From Desulfatiglandales bacterium (GTDB lineage Bacteria > Desulfobacterota > DSM-4660 > Desulfatiglandales > Desulfatiglandaceae), in NCBI GenBank assembly GCA_963662465.1, contig OY759599.1, forward strand, positions 1,024,001 to 1,088,000: a stretch of 64,000 nt of DNA, in the 5' to 3' direction. The notes beneath the pieces were generated by a model. It was given only the letters and a program-made list of their open reading frames with translations. It made no database searches and was not told the origin of the DNA. Below, piece by piece: positions 52,752 to 63,470 of the stretch (positions within the stretch are counted from its first letter, which is position 1; each line of letters opens with the position of its first letter). A program made the position numbers and the translations under genes.

Positions 52752-53519
52752 ATGAACGACACATTCGAACCAAAGATACTGGCCTTTCTATGTAACTGGT
52801 GCGCCTATGCGGGGGCCGATCTCGCCGGCGTATCACGGCTCCAATATCCCTCCGGTATACGGGTCATCCGCACCATGTGCTCGGGCCGGGTGGACCCACT
52901 CTTTGTGCTGAAGGGGTTAAGTTCCGGTTTTGACAGCGTTCTGGTCAGCGGTTGACACATCGGCGAATGCCATTACCTGTATGGTAATGTTCATCTGGCC
53001 AGACACCTGGAAGTGGTTGAATATCTCCTGGATTTATCGGGTATTGGACGTGAACGCATGGGGCTGAAGTGGATCAGCGCCGCGGAAGGAAAAGAGTTTG
53101 CCGAGTATGTCAAGGAATTCAGCGATAAAACCAGAAGCCTGGGGCCCTTTAACGCGGACAGGTATGGCCTTGAACTGGCCGCCTGTGAACGGGCCCTGGA
53201 CTCGCCGAGGTTGCGATGGCTCATGGGAATGGAAATCCAGCTGACTGAAAAGGAAAATGTTTTTCACGAAAAAATTGAAAAAGCCCGTTATACCGAGCTG
53301 CTTCAAAAGGCGGGTGTTTCAGAATATGAAAAGGCATTAATTGGGGAATCCCTCAAAGACGGCCCTCTTTCGGTCAGGGAGATCGCCTTAAAAACCGGTC
53401 TTTCGGTCCATTGCGTGTCGTCCCGGCTGGGTGAACTGGAGCGTCTCCATCAGGCGGAACTGGGTCAATATCAGGCGTATGTCCCCCTGTTTGCCAATTC
53501 GGCCGTAACGATGACCTGA
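52752..53519 (+). CDS. mvhD: MvhD/FlpD-like [2Fe-2S] putative selenoprotein (Sec68) with C-terminal winged-HTH-like extension
   Basis: [33 protein letters not shown](52953-52955)-HIGECHY, in frame with ORF 53013-53519 (WISAAEG); hairpin CATTACC-TGTAT-GGTAATG downstream. Confidence 0.9.
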
Positions 53520-53597
53520 CCCCAAAAGAAGGCCGAGGTTGAATCTGTTTTATACCCCGGGATAGCGCAATGACGCATATGCGAAACGGAGGAAAAA

Positions 53598-56500
53598 ATG
53601 CCCCTTAAAATAGATCATGAAAAAGTGGGCGCCGTTATGGTGATCGGCGCCGGCATCGCCGGCATGCAGGCGGCCCTGGATCTGGCGGGCGCGGGTTACT
53701 ATGTTCACCTGTTGGATCGTTCGCCCAGCATTGGCGGCATGATGGCCCAGTTGGACAAGACCTTCCCCACCAATGACTGCGCCATGTGAATTATTTCTCC
53801 CAAACTGGTCGAGGTCGGCCGGCATTTGAATATCAATATCATTACGAATTCGGAAGTGGAAGCCCTGGAAGGGGTCCCGGGGAATTTTTCAGTCAAGCTC
53901 AAGAATTATCCACGCGCCATTGATCCTGACAAATGCACCGGGTGCGGACAATGCAGCCAGGCATGTCCGGTGACGGCCATCAATGAATTTAATTGCGGCC
54001 TGGATCTCAGAGCCGCCACCTACATTCAATACGCCCAGGCCGTGCCCCTCGCCTACGCCATTGACCGGGAGGTCTGTATCGGATGCGGATTGTGCCAGAA
54101 AATTTGTCTGGCCGGGGCTGTTTGTTATGATGAGCAACCCAGAAAAACCCAACTGGCGGTGGGGGCGTTGGTGCTGGCCATGGGGATGGAAGTTTTTGAC
54201 GCCGCAACCCTTGAGGCATACAGCTATTCAAAATCCCCCAATATTGTAACCAGCCTTGAGTTTGAACGTATTTTAAGCGCCTCCGGGCCATATGCGGGGC
54301 ATCTCACCCGGCCCTATGACCGGGAAGAACCGCAAAAAATTGCATGGTTGCAATGTGTCGGGTCCCGCAGCCAGAATGGGGGCCATCCCTATTGTTCCTC
54401 GGTCTGCTGCATGTACGCCATTAAGGAAGCGGTTATCTCTAAGGAGCATGCCCGCGGCGATCTCGATGCCGCCATATTTTTTATGGATATGCGCACCTGC
54501 GGGAAGGATTTTGAAGAATACTACCACCGCGCCGAATATGAACACGGCGTCCGGTTTATCCGGTCACGGGTTCACAGCGTGAATCCGGTGGGAGACGGGG
54601 ACCTGGAAATTGATTATGTGGATGAAAAAGGGCGCTGCAGAACGGAAATTTTCAACCTGGTGGTATTGTCCGTTGGATTTCAGGTGGGAATGGAAACCGT
54701 CCAACTGGCCCATCGTCTGGGCGTTGAACTGGATCACTACCATTTTGTCCGGACGGGCAGTTTTCAGCCGGTGAGTACGAATCGTCCCGGGGTTTATGTT
54801 TGCGGTACCCTTCAGAGTCCCAAGGATATCCCCCAGTCGGTCATGGAAGCCTCCGCCGCCGCCGCGGCCGCAAGCACCCTCTTGAGCGACAGACGCTGGT
54901 CCCAAACCCGGACCCAGACCATGCCCCCGGAAACCAACGTTTTCGGCGAACCACCCCGCATCGGCGTTTTTGTATGTCAGTGCGGCATTAATATCGGTGG
55001 CATTGTCAACATCCCCGAAGTCGTGGCATACGCTCGATCACTCCCCCATGTGGTGTACACGGAAGACAACCTCTACACCTGTTCCCAGGATACACAGGTT
55101 AAAATGTCACAGGTCATTCGTGAGCAGGGCATCAACCGGGTGGTGGTAGCCGCTTGTACGCCCAAAACCCATGAACCCCTGTTCCAGGAAACATTGCAAA
55201 ACGCGGGACTTAACAAGTACCTGTTTGAGATGGCCAACATTCGGAACCAGGATTCCTGGGTACACAGCCGTCATCCGAATCTTGCCACTGAAAAAGCCAA
55301 GGATCTCATCCGAATGGCCGTTGCCAAGGCAGCCCTCCTTGAAGCCCTGCCCGAGATCGAACTGGATCTGAATCCGGTATCCCTGGTTATCGGCGGCGGC
55401 GTGGCGGGTATGACCGCGGCGAAAAATCTGGCTGAACAGGGATATGTCGTCCATCTGGTGGAGCGGTCCCATATCCTTGGCGGCCAGGCCAACAACCTTT
55501 TCAAAACATGGCAGGGGGAAGACATTCAGGGATTTCTCCAAACCCTCATTCAAAGTGTTGAAAACAATCCCCTGATTCATTTGCACCGGTCCACGGAGTT
55601 AACCCGGGTCGATGGCTTTGTGGGCAATTTTCAATCGGTGTTGACCCCTTCCCATGGGGAGGCGATCCACCTGGACCATGGCATCGCCATTGTTGCCACG
55701 GGGGGGAAAGAGTTTAAGCCCTCAAGCTATCTTTATGGGCAGGATCCACGGGTGCTCACCCAGCTGGAACTGGATAGAAAATTCATCGAGAAGGATCTGG
55801 ATCCGGCAAAAATCGCCACGGCCGTCTTTGTGCAATGCGTTGGCAGCCGCGAACCGGAGCGCCCTTATTGCAGTCGCGTGTGCTGCACCCACACACTGGG
55901 AAACGCCCTGGAGCTGAAACAACGCAATCCTCAGATGAGCATTTTCGTATTGTATCGGGATCTCAGGACCTACGGGAAAAGAGAAGATCTTTATCTCCGC
56001 GCCCGAAAAGAAGGCATTGTTTTCATACGATACGATCTGGAAGATAAACCGACGGTTGCATCCGGGGAAAAGACCCTCGAAATTATTGCGCCGGATCCCA
56101 TTCTGGAAAAACCCATCAGAATTGAAACAGATTTGCTGATCCTGGCAACGGCCATAGTGCCGGAGCCGGAAGGGGCATTGGCCAATTTTTTCAAAATTCC
56201 CGTCAACGATCAGGGATTCTTTATTGAAGCCCATGCCAAACTGCGACCGGTTGATTTTGCCACCGAAGGGGTTTTCCTCTGCGGCCTGGCCCATTACCCC
56301 AAATCACTGGATGAAAGCATTGCGCAAGCCCTGGCCGCCGCCTCCCGGGCATCCGGGCTGCTGGCTTCGGGCAAGGTCTCCATCAGCGGCACGGTCGCCC
56401 AGGTCAATCCTCGATGGTGCTCCCGATGTGGTGTTTGCGAAAACATCTGCCCCTTCAACGCCCCTTCCCTTGCCGAAGACGGACCGGCTGAAATCAATGC

Positions 56501-56609
56501 CGTACTTTGCAAGGGGTGCGGCTTGTGCATCGCATCGTGTCGCAGCGGCGCCATTCACCTGAAAGGATTTGATGAATCGCAGATTATGGCCATGATCGGT
56601 CAGGTTTAA
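53598..56609 (+). CDS. hdrA: Heterodisulfide reductase subunit A-like flavoprotein with two FAD modules, putative selenoprotein (1003 aa, Sec64)
   Basis: ORFs 53598-53789 and 53826-56609 share a frame and are joined through TGA 53787-53789 in NDCAM-U-IISPK; two GxGxxG and two CVGSR blocks; ferredoxin motifs. Confidence 0.93.
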
Positions 56610-57450
56610 AAACCAATGGTCCATTCGCGTGGATCTGGCGTTGGCGCGCCACAACCTGGGATTTCCGGTCATTTTCCCCATTGTGCGCATTTCCGAAAAT
56701 AAGGATCTTTCCAGCCGACTGCCTTGCGACAGCCTGCCCATCAAAGCTGATCTCAGGTCGTCTCTTGTTATAGAGGATTCCCGACTCAAAAGGCGGGTTC
56801 ACAGCAGGCCGATTAATGAATACTGCTTTTCAGAAAGGTTCTGCGAGCCCTCTTTCCCCATATAGAGGTTCGTCAGTTTTTGGCTCATTCGGTCTCGGGA
56901 GAACTCTTGGTGCCTCATCCTTCCATGCCACATTTCCCAAGATTTCGTAAAACTGCCGGATGAATTGTTTCGTTCTGAGGGAAACCTTCCATAGGAAGGA
57001 TGATATAGGAAGTCTTCACTTTTGGATTAACAATCTGAAAATGGCGCGACCACAAAATGTAGTGGTCTCAAACATTTGCCGAAAGCGGTTTTCAAATACG
57101 GACCGGATGTAATATGTGGTACGTATATCAACACTTTAGCCACCTGATGTATGTTGGATTACCCATTTTATGTAATCCAGAAAACTGCCAATTTCATGCA
57201 TCGATCGGCACCGATTTCGCTCCCCTCCCAATGATGGTATCACAACTATTCGACTACGATAAATCGGTTGAGATATCATTCCGAACGAACAGCATTCTGA
57301 AATCAACAAAACTGGTGGGGAGGTGGTGATCCCGTGCTAGAAGCCACCTGACGATTTTATTTAATTGGTGACAGGCCAATCCTGCCGTCAAAAGGACTGT
57401 GTAATCCGTAACCGTCCCTCCCCATATTTCCTCTGTTGATCTAATAGACG

Positions 57451-58752
57451 TCAACTTTTCAATTTCTTTATCATTGAACGCAGTTCTTCGATCTCAGCCT
57501 GTTGTTTCTTAAGTTGTTTCTCAAATTGATGTTGTTGCTCCTTCATGAGGTTTTTCTGGTCCTGATTTTCAGTCTTCAACTCCTTAACAGCTTCAACGAG
57601 CACGGCCGTGAGTTTGGTATAGGACACGCCCTTGAACCCATTCGCATCCTCGGAAACCAGTTCCGGTATGGTTTTTTCCACATCTTGAGCTACAAGCCCG
57701 ATATGCTTTCCATTTTCAAAACCTGCGTTCGGAAATGCATTTTTTTTCCATTCGTAGGTAACTCCCTGAAGGCTGGCCACCTTTTCCAGGGAAGATTTCA
57801 GGGGCTGAATATTTTGTTTCCATCTCTGGTCTGAACTGCTGTAGCTGGCGGTTGCTCTGAAGGCACCGTTTATCACTACGTTTCGAGTTTCAAAGTCACC
57901 CCAGATGAGCGGTTCGGCATCATTGGAATTATGGATATAGAGTTTGTTGCTCCCGGTTTCACTATATCCGGCGCTTTTCCCCAAGAAAACGTTTCCCGAA
58001 CCCGTTGCATTACTATATCCGGCAGAGTGTCCGATAAATGTATTATAGTCGCCACTGGTATGTTGGTGCCCATTCGAAGTACCCAGAAAAACATTGCCAC
58101 TTGCATTGGCATTTTGGTATCCTGAATGGTATCCGAGAAAAACATTCGAACTCCCTAGTAGGTTGCCTTCTCCCGCGGATTTGCCAAGAAAGACATTATA
58201 AGTGCCTCCTGTACTATCATAGCCCGCGTAAGCACCCACAAATGTGTTGTTGTTGGATGTGTTGTCATGTCCTGCATTAGACCCTAGAAAAGTATTAAAG
58301 TCACCGCTTACATTGGTTCGCCCCGAAAGTCGTCCCAAAAAGGTGTTGTCATATCCTGTGGTGTTGTGATTACCTGAACTTGAACCCAGAAAGGTATTGT
58401 TGTTTCCTTGATTTAAATATCCGGCATAATACCCCATTGCAATGACACTGCTTCCTGTGTTGCCACGCCCAGCATAGTATCCCATAAAGCAGTTGGCCGA
58501 GGTCGTATTGTTTCTTCCTGAATCTGCGCCGTAAAAAGAGTTTTGGCTTCCAGTACTGCTGGCACCTGCATTCATACCGTAGTAAGTGTTGCTGTCGATT
58601 TCCGAACCACGAATTTCAATTGTAGCGTCCTCTATGGTTTTTGCAGCGTTAGTTGTTCCAACGGGTTTGGTTTCTGTTTCTTCCTCCGCAAAGAGATTTC
58701 CAGCACAGAACAGAAATGCCAAAAGGATTGAAACGAGGATAGATTTTTTCAT
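57451..58752 (-). CDS. Exported fibre/adhesin-like protein: 14-residue NTFLG repeats, peptidase S74-type intramolecular chaperone, coiled coil
   Basis: Signal peptide; AGGAGG RBS; GxxNTFLGxxAG repeats; SSDQRWKQNI...IGLVAQDVE..PELV...LVEAVKEL. Confidence 0.88.
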   Translation of the reverse strand: MKKSILVSILLAFLFCAGNLFAEEETETKPVGTTNAAKTIEDATIEIRGSEIDSNTYYGMNAGASSTGSQNSFYGADSGRNNTTSANCFMGYYAGRGNTGSSVIAMGYYAGYLNQGNNNTFLGSSSGNHNTTGYDNTFLGRLSGRTNVSGDFNTFLGSNAGHDNTSNNNTFVGAYAGYDSTGGTYNVFLGKSAGEGNLLGSSNVFLGYHSGYQNANASGNVFLGTSNGHQHTSGDYNTFIGHSAGYSNATGSGNVFLGKSAGYSETGSNKLYIHNSNDAEPLIWGDFETRNVVINGAFRATASYSSSDQRWKQNIQPLKSSLEKVASLQGVTYEWKKNAFPNAGFENGKHIGLVAQDVEKTIPELVSEDANGFKGVSYTKLTAVLVEAVKELKTENQDQKNLMKEQQHQFEKQLKKQQAEIEELRSMIKKLKS

Positions 58753-59708
58753 TTTTTATCCCTCCTAAAAGTTAACAAGTCTCGAAGATTATAAATGCTC
58801 ATCTAAACCTAATGAAGGGTAAAAAAATTAAGTCTGTTTGTCAAGGTCTATGAGCAGGAAGATTTTGTTCAACCCCATTCAGTCAATAGTATCAGATAGT
58901 TTATGGAAAAACTGATCAAACGTCTCCGGATGATGTATGTAATGGGCAAGAGTTGCCTCAATCCGGGGGTTAACAGTGCTGATCAAATTGTGACATTTTT
59001 GAGAATCCCTATCGCATTGTTTACGTTAGAGGAATTGTTTCTGAATGTTTTTTTAATTCAGGTTAATATATGGGTCTTATTTCGTTCATGTTCCTTACGT
59101 TCTTTGGGGAGAATATTTCCTCTAATTTGAAAAAATTCCAGCCTTACCTTGACTCACTTTTTATGCAAAAACAAAAAATATCGAAAAGATCGAAAAAGTT
59201 GTGATATCATCAAATCAGAGGGCTTGAACGAACGTTGAGATTGATTCAGTACCTCAAGTCTTGCGTTGGTTGCATAAATTGAGAATATCTGATTTTTTTT
59301 TACATGTCAAAAACCTACAATGTGCCTTATGTATCTTAGATTGTCACCGCCGGATTGCTGTAGTCACAGTCAAAAGCCCAACGACCACAATATATATGGG
59401 TGGCTATACTTTTGTTTAAACGGTCCCGGAAGAAGTGTACTTCGGCCTTGATTATCCTTTCGGTCATTTTCCTTCCAGGTTTAAATGAACACGGCCTATT
59501 ATCTGTTATCCCCGCAGGACAGTATAAGCCCCATCGGGGTGACAGACAGTCGCTCGGCAATTCATTGCCGATTGGCTGGAACGATGATCAAGGTCCAAAA
59601 TTCCAAGTTGCGGCAACCTGGCATGAATTTTAGGCATGCCTTGAGGGTGGGGATGTTTGACTGCTGCTTCTATTCCGCTTAAGTTGATGGGGAGGCTACA
59701 TGTATCTC

Positions 59709-59884
59709 AGGCCTGAAGGGCCGTGACATATCAACCCAGGGCAACGCCCTGGGAAAAGGTTGCAAGGGTTGTTGAGCCCTGTAAGGGCGTGACATACCGC
59801 TTCAGGGCTGGATCAGAAAGGTATCAATTTAGTCGCGAAGCTCTAAGAGTCCGCCCTTTGCCGGGCAGACACACAGGTCTGCCC
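59709..59884. repeat. Cluster of REP-like hairpins
   Basis: GGCCTGAAGGGCC, CCCAGGGCAACGCCCTGGG, GCCCTGTAAGGGC, GGGCAGACACACAGGTCTGCCC. Confidence 0.7.
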
Positions 59885-59918
59885 TTAAAAGCAATATCGA
59901 CGTTGGCCGAAAGGATGA

Positions 59919-60803
59919 TCAAGACTGTTGTTTCATTCTCAGAAGAACGTCGTCAACCGTGCCATTGAAAGGCCCGGGGTTTTCCAGTTTAATGGATGCC
60001 AGCGCTGCTGCGAATTTCAAGGAATCCAAAGCATTGTGATCCATTCTGCGACAAAGATAGGCGCTAAAAGTGGTATCCCCCCTTCCGGTTCTTGACAAAA
60101 CATGCCGGTTTGAGAACTTTTCAAAATAGGTTTTCCCGCCGTATCGCAGGAGTACGCCGTCCGATCGCGTGATGAGGGTTTCCCGGCTGCCCCATTCTTC
60201 CAGAATCAAAGCGGCTTTTTCCAGATTGTCAGTTCCCGTGAGCAATTTGGCTTCCATCACATCCAGCTTAACTTTTTCAGCGATGGTCAGGATCTCCTTC
60301 TTTTGTGGGGCATCCCGTAACTGAATCTTCTGCGTGACGGGATCCAGGAAGCGTACGGATCCCTGCATATCAATGGAAAGGCGATGCCCCTTTTCATTCA
60401 GGGTTTTCACGAGATTAAAATTGAAATCCTCACCGGTAACGGGGCATAAGTGAATAAGCTGGGCATTAATTTCGGGCATTTCTTCAAAAGTGATAGGGCC
60501 TGCACTCTTTTCCTGATATATTTCACGAAGATCCATGTTTTTAGATGGATGCGTTATTGTCAGCCGAGTGGTTTCCGTAGCTGGAAGCGCGAATACCGCC
60601 ACGCCCTTTTCTGTTAGAGGCGTAATAAATGATGCCTCATTTTTTGCAAATTTGGTGACCAATGCCGTCCGTTTTCCGATAGCGGCTGCCGTCATGGCAG
60701 CAAAAAATACCGCGCCACCCGAAGTATTCTTGGGTGTTCCTTCAAAGGGAACGATATGATTAAGGGACATATGGCCGATAAAGACAATGTCATACAATTT
60801 CAC
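59919..60803 (-). CDS. PfkB-family carbohydrate kinase
   Basis: GG motif, IDMQG, RTGRGDT; GTG start after AAGGAG. Confidence 0.88.
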   Translation of the reverse strand: MKLYDIVFIGHMSLNHIVPFEGTPKNTSGGAVFFAAMTAAAIGKRTALVTKFAKNEASFITPLTEKGVAVFALPATETTRLTITHPSKNMDLREIYQEKSAGPITFEEMPEINAQLIHLCPVTGEDFNFNLVKTLNEKGHRLSIDMQGSVRFLDPVTQKIQLRDAPQKKEILTIAEKVKLDVMEAKLLTGTDNLEKAALILEEWGSRETLITRSDGVLLRYGGKTYFEKFSNRHVLSRTGRGDTTFSAYLCRRMDHNALDSLKFAAALASIKLENPGPFNGTVDDVLLRMKQQS

Positions 60804-60934
60804 GGTTACTCCTTGTCTGCATATAACAATATGAAATAAATAAAAAAATTGGCTCTTCATGTTTTTTTAAAAAGAGACTTTATCTCAGGCAAAAAGGAAT
60901 TGCAAATGATATCGATTTAATTTGATCTGACTCC

Positions 60935-62482
60935 TTAAGGCTTGGACGCGAGAAGCGTCATGGTGATGGAAAAACCGTGCGGTGACAGGTTTTTTGCATG
61001 GACGGTCCCGCCACAGGCCTGAACGCAGGTCTTTACAATGGCAAGCCCCAGGCCTACCCCCCCGCTCTTGCGGTTTCGTGCAGCCTCCGGCCGATAAAAG
61101 GGTTCGAACAGGCGACCAATGGAAGCTTCGGGAACGCCGGGGCCATGGTCGGTTATGGCGATCAGGACTTTGTCGCTGTCCCTTTGGGCCGTGATCTCAA
61201 TGGGTCCTTCATGGCCGGCGTATCGCACGGCGTTCCTCAAAACGTTTGAAAGGGCCCGGCGAAGCAGGCCATCAACGGCCCACACGGAAATGTCCTCATC
61301 CACATGGTTCACAATCGTCACTTCCTTGCCCCCTTCCCGTTCCATGCATGCAAGGATTGCGGGCAGCAGGGGGACGGTTGCGGCCGCCACTCTGTCAGAA
61401 CCGATTTCGGCCCTGGTGAAGCTCAACAGTTCGTTGATCAGGTTGGACATGTGGTGGACTTCCTCTGAAATGTCCTTTAGACGCTCCAGATCTTCCCCTT
61501 TCAAGCGTTGTTCGAAAATACCTAAGCCCAGTGCCATGCGCGCAATGGGAGAGGCCAGTTCATGGGCCATGTCGCCCAGAAATCGTTTCTGCCCCATAAT
61601 ATGGGTTTCCAACTGACCCGACATGTGATTGATGGCCGCACCGAGTCTTCCGATTTCATCGGCCCTTTGTTCTTTAACATGGATATTGAAATTGCCCCGT
61701 GCGATTTCTTCGGCCACTTGGGTGATACGGACAATGGGCCGGGTGATGCTTTTGACCAGGGGAATCCATAAAAGGATGGACACCGCCAGCACAATGCCCG
61801 CCAGCAACAGCCACGGCACAGGGTTGAAAAACAGGCCGTTTCCGGTGATGGATGGGGAAGCGGCCAACAGAAAGAGGGTTATGGGTGGTTCTTGACGACG
61901 ATCTCGAAAAGGAAACGGCACCGAGGCCCAGTAGCGGGTAGGATTCGAGGTTCGCAACAGGTAAGTGAAACGAAGTTCTTCGGGCGGCGGCAGGGGAGGC
62001 ATGGGAAAACGGCCGACGGCCGTATTCTCCCGGGAGGCAAAGGATGGCGGTCCCGGGTGTTTCGGGGGGCCGCCGGGGGCAGGCCGTCTACCGTGACCGG
62101 ACGGGGGATGTGGAGGAAGTTGGTGTACCGACTTAAGATTGCTCTCGCTTCGGTGCAGGGCATCGGTTACCCCGGCCGGAATCATGCGATTGGCCCCCGC
62201 CAGTATCCGTCCATCCGACCGGCAGAGAAGAAGTTCCAGATCATAGGCTTTTCCGAACCGCTTAAGGATCGAACCCCACTCATAGTAGTCCGAGTCATAG
62301 AGTTCCCGAAGGATCACCTGTCCCAGGCCCTTCCCCTGACCCCCGAGGCCGCTGATCAGGGCGGATTCTGCCCGAAACCGGAAATCCAGGTTGAAAATCC
62401 CGGCCACGATCCCGATTAACAATACCAGGCTCATGAGGAACCAGAGGAGAATTTTCAGAAAAAGGGAACGTCTGGGGTTCAT
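60935..62482 (-). CDS. Sensor histidine kinase (CpxA-like; HAMP-HisKA-HATPase) with Pro-rich extracytoplasmic loop
   Basis: AHELASP, NVLRNAVRY, DHGPGV, GGVGLGLAI. Confidence 0.95.
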   Translation of the reverse strand: MNPRRSLFLKILLWFLMSLVLLIGIVAGIFNLDFRFRAESALISGLGGQGKGLGQVILRELYDSDYYEWGSILKRFGKAYDLELLLCRSDGRILAGANRMIPAGVTDALHRSESNLKSVHQLPPHPPSGHGRRPAPGGPPKHPGPPSFASRENTAVGRFPMPPLPPPEELRFTYLLRTSNPTRYWASVPFPFRDRRQEPPITLFLLAASPSITGNGLFFNPVPWLLLAGIVLAVSILLWIPLVKSITRPIVRITQVAEEIARGNFNIHVKEQRADEIGRLGAAINHMSGQLETHIMGQKRFLGDMAHELASPIARMALGLGIFEQRLKGEDLERLKDISEEVHHMSNLINELLSFTRAEIGSDRVAAATVPLLPAILACMEREGGKEVTIVNHVDEDISVWAVDGLLRRALSNVLRNAVRYAGHEGPIEITAQRDSDKVLIAITDHGPGVPEASIGRLFEPFYRPEAARNRKSGGVGLGLAIVKTCVQACGGTVHAKNLSPHGFSITMTLLASKP

Positions 62483-63192
62483 GATGATGTCTCATTCAAA
62501 GGGGGTATGAAAAGATATCCAACCCTGCGTACTGTGCGGATGAATCGGGGGTTTTTGGGGGTATCGCCCAGTTTTCCGCGCAAGGAGGAGATATGCATGT
62601 CAATGGACCGGTCAAACACATCGAAATTCCGGTCGGCCACCACATCCAGAAGCTGTTCACGGCTCAAGGCCCTTCCCCTGGCCTTTGCCAGACACTGTAG
62701 GAGCTGGTATTCAATGGGCGTCAGATCAAGACGATTTCCGTCTAAAAAGGCTTCATGGGCGTCCTCGTTGAGATGTAGGCTTCCGAAGCACAACTCAGTT
62801 TTTTTCGGCACGTCCGGCGTTATTTGGGACCGTCTGATCACCGAACGGAGACGGGCCAGCAGTTCACGCGTTGAAAAGGTTTTGGGCAGGTAGTCGTCGG
62901 CTCCCATCTCAAGCCCCACGATCCGGTCGGTTTCGTCTCCCCGGGAGGTCAGCATCAGGACCGGAACAAGGGATTCGGCGCGCAATTGTCTGAGTAATTC
63001 GAATCCGTCCATTTCCGGCAGCATTACGTCCAGGATGACTGCATGATAGTCTTTTCCAAGTGCTTTTTTAAGGCCTTCCGTTCCGGTGTGTGCGCTCTCC
63101 ACTTCATACCCCATGGCGCCGAGATATTCCCGTATCAGCCGACATAACTTCTCATCATCATCAATAATCAATATCCGCTCACCGCCGCTCAT
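62479..63192 (-). CDS. OmpR/CpxR-family response regulator
   Basis: IIDDD, LDVMLP, GADDYLPK, DRSIDMHISSLR, IRTVRRVGY. Confidence 0.95.
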   Translation of the reverse strand: MSGGERILIIDDDEKLCRLIREYLGAMGYEVESAHTGTEGLKKALGKDYHAVILDVMLPEMDGFELLRQLRAESLVPVLMLTSRGDETDRIVGLEMGADDYLPKTFSTRELLARLRSVIRRSQITPDVPKKTELCFGSLHLNEDAHEAFLDGNRLDLTPIEYQLLQCLAKARGRALSREQLLDVVADRNFDVFDRSIDMHISSLRGKLGDTPKNPRFIRTVRRVGYLFIPPLNETSS

Positions 63193-63255
63193 GATATTCC
63201 CCCCTGACGTTTTAGAAACCAGGATACCTTGAAATGTAATGTTATGAGAACCTTT

Positions 63256-63276
63256 TTTACAAAACATTTACAAAAC
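63256..63276. promoter_or_regulatory. Tandem TTTACAAAAC repeat (11-bp period), candidate OmpR/CpxR-type box
   Basis: Reverse strand reads GTAAA-N6-GTAAA, between two divergent regulators. Confidence 0.55.
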
Positions 63277-63470
63277 CTTGAAAAATTACTCAAACGGATT
63301 TTACAAGCAGTTGATCGATTGAAGCAAATGAAAACGGCAATAATTGACGGTATTGTTAAGCTTTTATAAAGTTGATTGCATCGTTGTTACGAATGGTATA
63401 AATAACAGGGTGTTGAATTGTTGAAGAGGTGGACACAAGGGTGAGACATGGAGAAACCAACTTGTCAAAC

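Noticed and set aside
45863..53830. hdrA and mvhD as nonsense pseudogenes
   Set aside because: All three stops are TGA at conserved Cys positions with downstream hairpins and open frames; selenocysteine fits better.
56610..57450. Riboswitch or NrdR-like box (ACCACAAAATGTAGTGGT near 57050)
   Set aside because: Only loose resemblance and no appropriate downstream gene; not supportable without a motif or Rfam search.
19453..58752. Prophage, suggested by tail-fibre-like domains
   Set aside because: The proteins have signal peptides, are scattered, and no capsid, terminase, portal or integrase genes are present.
58760..59700. Coding potential in the AT-rich interval
   Set aside because: Only short ORFs without RBS or recognisable motifs.
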